IMG/VR virus record: IMGVR_UViG_3300010429_001264
Length of the DNA stretch: 64,000 bases
DNA from: a virus
Lineage: Duplodnaviria > Caudoviricetes
Direction: 5' to 3' (one strand)
This document shows positions 58,019 to 64,000 of this stretch, in pieces. Every line of letters begins with the position of its first letter. Positions within the stretch are counted from its first letter, which is position 1. The translations under genes and the position numbers were made by a program. Under the pieces are notes generated by a model. It ran no database searches, was not told where the DNA came from, and saw only the letters and a list, made by a program, of their open reading frames with translations.

Positions 58019-58393
58019 TCATATTATTTCGCCGTTGGCATTTTTTATTTTTTTGCATCCATATTCATCACACAACTTATTTATCTTTTTTATTACATTA
58101 TTCAGAGACTCTTGTTCTTCAAAATTTTCGGCTCTCATCAAATCCGATTTTTCATACACGTATTCAAAAAGTTCTTTCATACGTTGTTTGTCTTCTGCTC
58201 GACTTAGCTTGCTAAAATTATATAAATATCTATCTAACAAGCCTATATATTCTGTATCTTTCATATTTTTTCCATCATATCTATCTATCATATCTTTCAA
58301 ATTATTCAATCTTTCGATATAATTTGGAAAAATTAAACTTTCTAAGTTCATCTCATCATTCTTTTTTTCAAATTGATTAAATTTCAATAACAT
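58019..58393 (-). CDS. Hypothetical protein with CTS-like start
   Basis: MLLKFNQFE. Confidence 0.65.
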   Translation of the reverse strand: MLLKFNQFEKKNDEMNLESLIFPNYIERLNNLKDMIDRYDGKNMKDTEYIGLLDRYLYNFSKLSRAEDKQRMKELFEYVYEKSDLMRAENFEEQESLNNVIKKINKLCDEYGCKKIKNANGEII

Positions 58394-58478
58394 TTATATT
58401 TGAATTTATTTTTATATTATATATTTAATTTTAGATCGCATTTTTTTAATATATATAAAATAAAATGAAAAACTTGGT

Positions 58479-61400
58479 TTGAGTACAGATATAAGCAAAT
58501 TAATATTTTTTAACAAAGACGGGTATCCATATAATTTTCAATATGATGAAACAAATAAAATATGGAACGGAAAAATATTTTTTGAAGAAAATTCATCAGA
58601 TACATTTAGAACATTATGTGTTTATTTATTTGAAAATGTTCCAGCATATGATATATATAGTGAATTCTCTTTTCATCCATCCGAATTATTTAATTACAGT
58701 GGTTTAACTTTTGTTGGACAAACCTATACTGGCGAAACATTATCCGGCATCACACGAGTGAATAGTAGCCAGCTTTTTTATTCAAAATGGATAAGAGGAG
58801 TTGATTTCGATAAAAAATTTCCAGTTGGTACGGTTGTTAAATTTGATAATGTCACTGGAACTGGAAACAATGATTTTTATAGTGGACTGACATTTAATGT
58901 TTTAGGAACACAGAAAAACGCTTTTCTAATATGTACAGAAACTTGTAATTCTGGATTTACTTTTGAGTTGAGTGGGGGAACTGTATCCAGTTTAAATACA
59001 ATAAAATATATAAATTATACTGATTTTGATTTTACGGGGCTTACTTATTATCCAGGCAAACTATTATCTATTATTAATTCTGAAAATAACGACGGCATAT
59101 ATACCTACGTCACTGGGACAACATTAGCACACTTACTATCAGTGTCTTTACTCGATACAAATGTCAAATCCGAGCTAAAAATAGAATTTGATCTTTTAAC
59201 ACAAAGACCCGAGTTATATGAAGGAATGACAACTATAACATATAACACCAATGATCCGAACGATTTAACTGGAACGACTATAAAATTCCATAATGGTATA
59301 AATACAAATATTGATTTCGTTAATACTGGACAAACAATTATTTTCGAGCAACCAGATGGTTCGCCCATAATGGCAGAAAATCTAGATTTCACTGTATCTG
59401 GTTATATTGATAGAAAATACATCACTAAAGACACTCTGAGTTTTTATATGAATGATGATATTAGTGTTATAGAAGCGGTGTCAGGTGTCACAGGATTGAC
59501 TTATAACGATATAATTGAGCTCACTGTTACAACATACTTATCTGGACAAACATTTCATAATAATCGTCAATTTCAAGTGATGAATGTCACCGATAACATC
59601 ATACAAGTAAGAGAATATATTATTGTTGAGTCTAACCACGAATACACAATAAATAAAGTAATCAACAAAAAGAAAATCAATGAAATATATTGTAAGGGAC
59701 TACCAACTTTAAGCGTCCTCGATCCTTACACTGGTTATACCATATGTTATTCTACAACAAATCATATAACGCTAAGTCAATATGTATTAGATTCTGGGAG
59801 CACAAATTATTATTATGAAAACACCATATCGGCAATGAGAAATAAATATAAATATCTTTTAGATAGATATGGTATAGATATTTATCTTTTAAATGAAGCA
59901 GGACTTAGTATTTTGGTTTTCGAGATGCCAGATTATAATTTTAATTCATTTTATAGTGGTTTAACAATATCTTTGAATCTAGGCGATTCTGTAACTGGAT
60001 TCACAACATCCTCTATTCCATTTCCAGCTATTTATTCTGAGGTCGAAGAGCAATTATCATATGAAAAGACTTTCATTTATGATGAAGCAAAATTATCTAG
60101 AAACTTTTATTCAGAAATCTATTTTGATTTAGAAAAAGATATGAATGGTTATGGATTCAAAGTAAAAATAAACAATGACTGGTACTACACTCCTTTGAGC
60201 GGATCGACCGGTAGTTATGAAATAGACACGATAAACAATTTCATACTATTATATGGGGATATATTGGATAGAAACGGATTCGATATATACACAGGATATA
60301 CTACTGATTTATATACAGGATATACACTAATAATTGAAGGCGAAAAACCAAATGTGGATTTATATGATGTTGAAGTTAAAGTAAATTCATACTCAAGTTA
60401 TGATATATTAGAGCACACAAGAAATCATGGTATTGTTATATCGAGCAACGAAATAAAATCAACGGCAGCCTATTTAAATGAATTTGAGTTGTCCACTGGT
60501 ATGATTATAAATATATCAGGGGCAGAAAGTTATTTTAATAATAGACAGTATAATATATTAAGATTGACAGGTAGCACATCGACAACACTCGACACCATAC
60601 AATTATCATATCAGGGTCCGTTTGAATATGAGCCACCAAAAAATTTAACAATATCTGTTAATAATTTTATAAGAAAACCACGAGGCACTTATGGTAGAGA
60701 CATTAGTTATGGGTGCTCGTGGGAGCCGATTGATGAAAATGTGCCAAAAGTAAGTGATAATATATTCTTCTATGATTTTTCAGGAGATCAGTTACCAACA
60801 ACAGGGGCATTGGCTTATAAAGGAGTGAAACCACTATGGCAAAACTCCGATAGTCTAGTTTTATTAAATCGCGAACCAAATAAACAGTTAGATAAAATAT
60901 ATGACCCATCTTATCAACAAACAATTTTTACTGGTTTGACATATAAACTTGAAAGACTGGATTCATCCACGAATTATGATTATGTTCCTGAACCACTACA
61001 AATCTTTCTGGGATTTAATTCAACAGCAGAAGGCGTGACATCTAATCATATGATAATTAGTCGGTTAGATGATATAGTTTTCTCTGGTCGAACGTCGCCA
61101 TATAGCAACTTTGTAATATCTGGTGACACAATAACATATACGACAACAGGCGGCACTTTTAGCTTCTTAGATCTCGGATTCAATTATGATCAAATGATAA
61201 GTTTAGATTTCAAAGAAGTTGTTCAAACTGGTCACACATTGTTCAGTGATTGGGATATATATGATGTTGCAGATGTGACAAGAAATCAAATCAAAATAAG
61301 CGGAAATACTTTACACTATTTCACCACAAGCGGAAAAACTTTCGATTTTATTATAAAAACCGAACCAGTTGAAATTGCTTCATTCTATTTGTATGGACAA

Positions 61401-62441
61401 ACAGAAGTAGAGGACGAAAGATTTGTTCAACATTTAAAATTATTGGGTGCTAATTTAGAAAGCGAAACACAGTCAATATTTAAAGAATCTGATATAAATG
61501 ATAAAGGAATTGATTTTACAATATTAAATCGCAAAAGAAAAGAATTATTAAGCGTTTATCCAGAAATTTATAATTATATAGGAGCATATAAATCTTTAAT
61601 CAATGCTATCAATTTCTTCGGATATAATGATTTAGAGTTATATGAATATTATAGAAATATAAATCCGAAATCACCTCTATATGGAAAGTTACAAAAAACA
61701 TTAATAGAAGATATATTCGTGAACACAATACCTGGTTGGGATGAAATAGAAATGGATAGTGCTAATCACTTGAAAACCAATTTATTCAATCTGACATATA
61801 AAATTACAGACTTCGATGGAAACTATTTATATCTTTATTCATTGGATGAGGTCCAGATAAAATTGAATGGATTGGTCAGTTGGTTGAGAAAACACATAAT
61901 ACCTCTATCAGCAAATATATTGGATATGACAGGTGAGGCGCACGTCCCAGCCACTATGTATGCCAATTTCAATGGAGCAAATTATGTTAAAAAAGTTACA
62001 ACAGATCAAACAAATACGGCAATAAACTTCGATTATATACAAACATTGAATATAGATAATGATTATTTATTTACAATCAACTTCTATATTACAAGTGGCT
62101 CGACAATGCCAGATTATTTCACAGTCAAAATAAAGACCTTCAAACTAGATGAAACAACAATGGAACTGATACCTGTTCAATATTTCAATTTATATAAAAA
62201 GGATTTATTGTCTTTTAGTTTTAATGTCGATAGAATAATGGATCCCTATATGTTTATAGAAACTCAATCTTTCAATGATTATGGACTGGGTTATACAAAC
62301 TCGAGACTTTTCAATTATAACGAAGCGAGAAACTTTGTTCTTATAGATAATAATTTCACTGGCGTTAATTATAAATATATCACAACAAATTATGGATATT
62401 ATATCATAACAGAAGGTAGATTTTACATAATTCCTTATTAA
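58479..62441 (+). CDS. Large virion structural protein (baseplate/tail-like)
   Basis: 1320 aa, beta-rich; C-terminal YIGAYKSLINAINFFGY..EY resembles baseplate wedge proteins. Confidence 0.55.
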   Translation: MSTDISKLIFFNKDGYPYNFQYDETNKIWNGKIFFEENSSDTFRTLCVYLFENVPAYDIYSEFSFHPSELFNYSGLTFVGQTYTGETLSGITRVNSSQLFYSKWIRGVDFDKKFPVGTVVKFDNVTGTGNNDFYSGLTFNVLGTQKNAFLICTETCNSGFTFELSGGTVSSLNTIKYINYTDFDFTGLTYYPGKLLSIINSENNDGIYTYVTGTTLAHLLSVSLLDTNVKSELKIEFDLLTQRPELYEGMTTITYNTNDPNDLTGTTIKFHNGINTNIDFVNTGQTIIFEQPDGSPIMAENLDFTVSGYIDRKYITKDTLSFYMNDDISVIEAVSGVTGLTYNDIIELTVTTYLSGQTFHNNRQFQVMNVTDNIIQVREYIIVESNHEYTINKVINKKKINEIYCKGLPTLSVLDPYTGYTICYSTTNHITLSQYVLDSGSTNYYYENTISAMRNKYKYLLDRYGIDIYLLNEAGLSILVFEMPDYNFNSFYSGLTISLNLGDSVTGFTTSSIPFPAIYSEVEEQLSYEKTFIYDEAKLSRNFYSEIYFDLEKDMNGYGFKVKINNDWYYTPLSGSTGSYEIDTINNFILLYGDILDRNGFDIYTGYTTDLYTGYTLIIEGEKPNVDLYDVEVKVNSYSSYDILEHTRNHGIVISSNEIKSTAAYLNEFELSTGMIINISGAESYFNNRQYNILRLTGSTSTTLDTIQLSYQGPFEYEPPKNLTISVNNFIRKPRGTYGRDISYGCSWEPIDENVPKVSDNIFFYDFSGDQLPTTGALAYKGVKPLWQNSDSLVLLNREPNKQLDKIYDPSYQQTIFTGLTYKLERLDSSTNYDYVPEPLQIFLGFNSTAEGVTSNHMIISRLDDIVFSGRTSPYSNFVISGDTITYTTTGGTFSFLDLGFNYDQMISLDFKEVVQTGHTLFSDWDIYDVADVTRNQIKISGNTLHYFTTSGKTFDFIIKTEPVEIASFYLYGQTEVEDERFVQHLKLLGANLESETQSIFKESDINDKGIDFTILNRKRKELLSVYPEIYNYIGAYKSLINAINFFGYNDLELYEYYRNINPKSPLYGKLQKTLIEDIFVNTIPGWDEIEMDSANHLKTNLFNLTYKITDFDGNYLYLYSLDEVQIKLNGLVSWLRKHIIPLSANILDMTGEAHVPATMYANFNGANYVKKVTTDQTNTAINFDYIQTLNIDNDYLFTINFYITSGSTMPDYFTVKIKTFKLDETTMELIPVQYFNLYKKDLLSFSFNVDRIMDPYMFIETQSFNDYGLGYTNSRLFNYNEARNFVLIDNNFTGVNYKYITTNYGYYIITEGRFYIIPY

Positions 62442-62480
62442 TTTTTTTTATTAATGAAAAAAAATATTTAATTTTACAAA

Positions 62481-62795
62481 ATGAATGTTGATATTAAAAA
62501 AGTTGTGAGCAAAGTTATTGATGCTACCAAAAAAAATGAAATTGTTTGGTCACACAACAACGCAAACAAAGTAACTATAACATTTACATCAAATATACAT
62601 ATAACAAAAAATAAAGAATTAAATTTTCAAGTAGTTGAATACATTAATGAAGTGAAAAGATCATATTTTACTTTATATTTTGTTCCAGAAAATAAATCAA
62701 GAACTTTAATATATCAAACAATGTGTTCGAGATGTGAGAATATTATAGATCTAATAAATATACTCAAGGACAAATATTTACTAAATGAAATATGA
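62481..62795 (+). CDS. Hypothetical protein
   Basis: Paralog of next ORF (ITKNK motif). Confidence 0.6.
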   Translation: MNVDIKKVVSKVIDATKKNEIVWSHNNANKVTITFTSNIHITKNKELNFQVVEYINEVKRSYFTLYFVPENKSRTLIYQTMCSRCENIIDLINILKDKYLLNEI

Positions 62796-63127
62796 AAGAT
62801 TTCAAACCTTATCAAATAATAACAGGTCTTATAAAAAGCACCAGTAACAATGATCTAAAATGGAGAATGTTGAATTCTGAACCAAACATTAAAATAAGTG
62901 GTGGGCCCGTTTATTACATGACACAGTATAATATAACAAAAAACAAATGCTTGGTCTTTTATCTTAAGAGCGACATGAACGGCACTCCATCTGATAGTAA
63001 TTTAAGAATATCTTATAAGACATTAGAGCCATATACATTACATAAAATAGAAAAATTATCTCTAAACGATTACCCGACTCTAATCGCCTTATTAAGAATG
63101 GTTCAGATGAAAACCACCAAATTTTAA
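62792..63127 (+). CDS. Hypothetical protein
   Basis: Paralog of previous ORF. Confidence 0.6.
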   Translation: MKDFKPYQIITGLIKSTSNNDLKWRMLNSEPNIKISGGPVYYMTQYNITKNKCLVFYLKSDMNGTPSDSNLRISYKTLEPYTLHKIEKLSLNDYPTLIALLRMVQMKTTKF

Positions 63128-63165
63128 ATTTTTTTATTTAATATATAAGAACAAAAAAAGTTCTT

Positions 63166-63564
63166 ATGAAACCATTTTTCAAAAAATTTTTAAGCGGGGC
63201 TAAAAAATTTATTATTGATTGGAGTGAAGTTATAACGATACCGTTGGCTATAGTATTATGGAAATTTAGTCCAACACTATTGAGGTGGCTTGATCCAACT
63301 GCTGGAACTTATGATGCAGGCGTTTTTCAAATATTAATATGGGCAACAGTGGCTCTACTCTATGTTTCTGGTGTAGTGTGGCTTGTATTGAAATTATCAT
63401 TTCCTGGTATATTCAAATTTTTCACAAAACTAGATGATGATTTAATATTTGATAAAAATATTGATGAAAAAAATAAACTCACAACATGGCAAAAAACATT
63501 ATCGGCGTTATTCTTATTATTTATCTTCTTTTTATCGATGGTTCTTTTAATTCGGGTGTTATAA
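63166..63564 (+). CDS. Three-TM membrane protein, putative holin
   Basis: Three hydrophobic segments; overlaps downstream lysin. Confidence 0.55.
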   Translation: MKPFFKKFLSGAKKFIIDWSEVITIPLAIVLWKFSPTLLRWLDPTAGTYDAGVFQILIWATVALLYVSGVVWLVLKLSFPGIFKFFTKLDDDLIFDKNIDEKNKLTTWQKTLSALFLLFIFFLSMVLLIRVL

Positions 63565-64000
63565 AGAATGATATAAATGTTTATAATACAGAAATAATTG
63601 CTGAATCCACATTTGGCGATAAATTAAAAGATACTTGGACTGATATAAAAGATTTCTTTAAGAATATTTATTGTAAAGTTTTTGATTGTGATGAAAATGA
63701 TGACATCAATAAAATTGACACAACAACAAACACAAATGAAGTTGTTTTAAACGATACTCCATCTCAGGACACGATTGTATCAGAAGAAGAAATTATACCA
63801 ACAAACCAAGTAGAAACAGAAGAATATGAGGAGGAGGAAATTGTTGATAATGAACCAGTTATGGATCCTTATGTTGTTTTTAGAAATAAGATACAAACCA
63901 CCTATATATCGCAAATAGGCGTTAGAGAACGAACAAATCATAACGATGGTTATATGGTAGAGCAATATCTGGCTTCAGCCGGGCTGTCTAAAGGTAATCC
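63486..64000 (+). CDS. CHAP-type peptidoglycan hydrolase with N-terminal TM/signal (truncated by window; not in ORF track)
   Basis: MAKNIIGVILIIYLLF..., acidic linker, then SQIGVRERTNHNDGYMVEQYLASAGLSKGNP, the segment that normally precedes WCAAF. Confidence 0.7.
   Translation, partial: MAKNIIGVILIIYLLFIDGSFNSGVIKNDINVYNTEIIAESTFGDKLKDTWTDIKDFFKNIYCKVFDCDENDDINKIDTTTNTNEVVLNDTPSQDTIVSEEEIIPTNQVETEEYEEEEIVDNEPVMDPYVVFRNKIQTTYISQIGVRERTNHNDGYMVEQYLASAGLSKGN

Noticed and set aside
1-64000. Stop-codon recoding as in Lak or some crAss-like phages
   Set aside because: Long genes are uninterrupted in the standard code and no suppressor anticodon (CTA/TCA/TTA) was found.

Overview
AT-rich, densely coding segment of a T4-like jumbo phage. 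The host is most likely a Bacteroidota: repeated TAnnTTTG promoters, no obvious Shine-Dalgarno sites, and DUF1566, BspA, GH73 and CHAP proteins. No capsid, terminase or polymerase core genes are in view, but there are a gp46/SbcC ATPase, a RuvC-like resolvase, a Dam-type methylase, a large baseplate-like protein, a Gly-Thr-Ser repeat fibre, two glycosyltransferases, a PAS hybrid histidine kinase and a holin plus CHAP lysin at the right edge. About 30 ORFs start with a capsid-targeting-like peptide (MKHLKLYEQF type), and 17 carry a free-floating DDPWGE motif. Main finding: a minus-strand operon of 11 tRNAs (Ser x4, Lys x3, Trp-anticodon x2, Phe, His; 13174-14454) lies downstream of an unannotated 27-codon leader ORF (15377-15294). 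Its codons 4-18 (FKKHSKHFSSFWSSK) use only those five amino acids, and it is followed by alternative antiterminator/terminator hairpins and a boxA. This looks like a ribosome-mediated attenuator that switches phage tRNAs on when the matching host tRNAs fail. The same upstream motif precedes a Ro60/TROVE-like gene with small ACAGCAA RNAs, and a tRNA-fMet plus large structured ncRNA locus ending in a TnpB/omegaRNA remnant. All calls were made by eye; no searches or folding programs were run.
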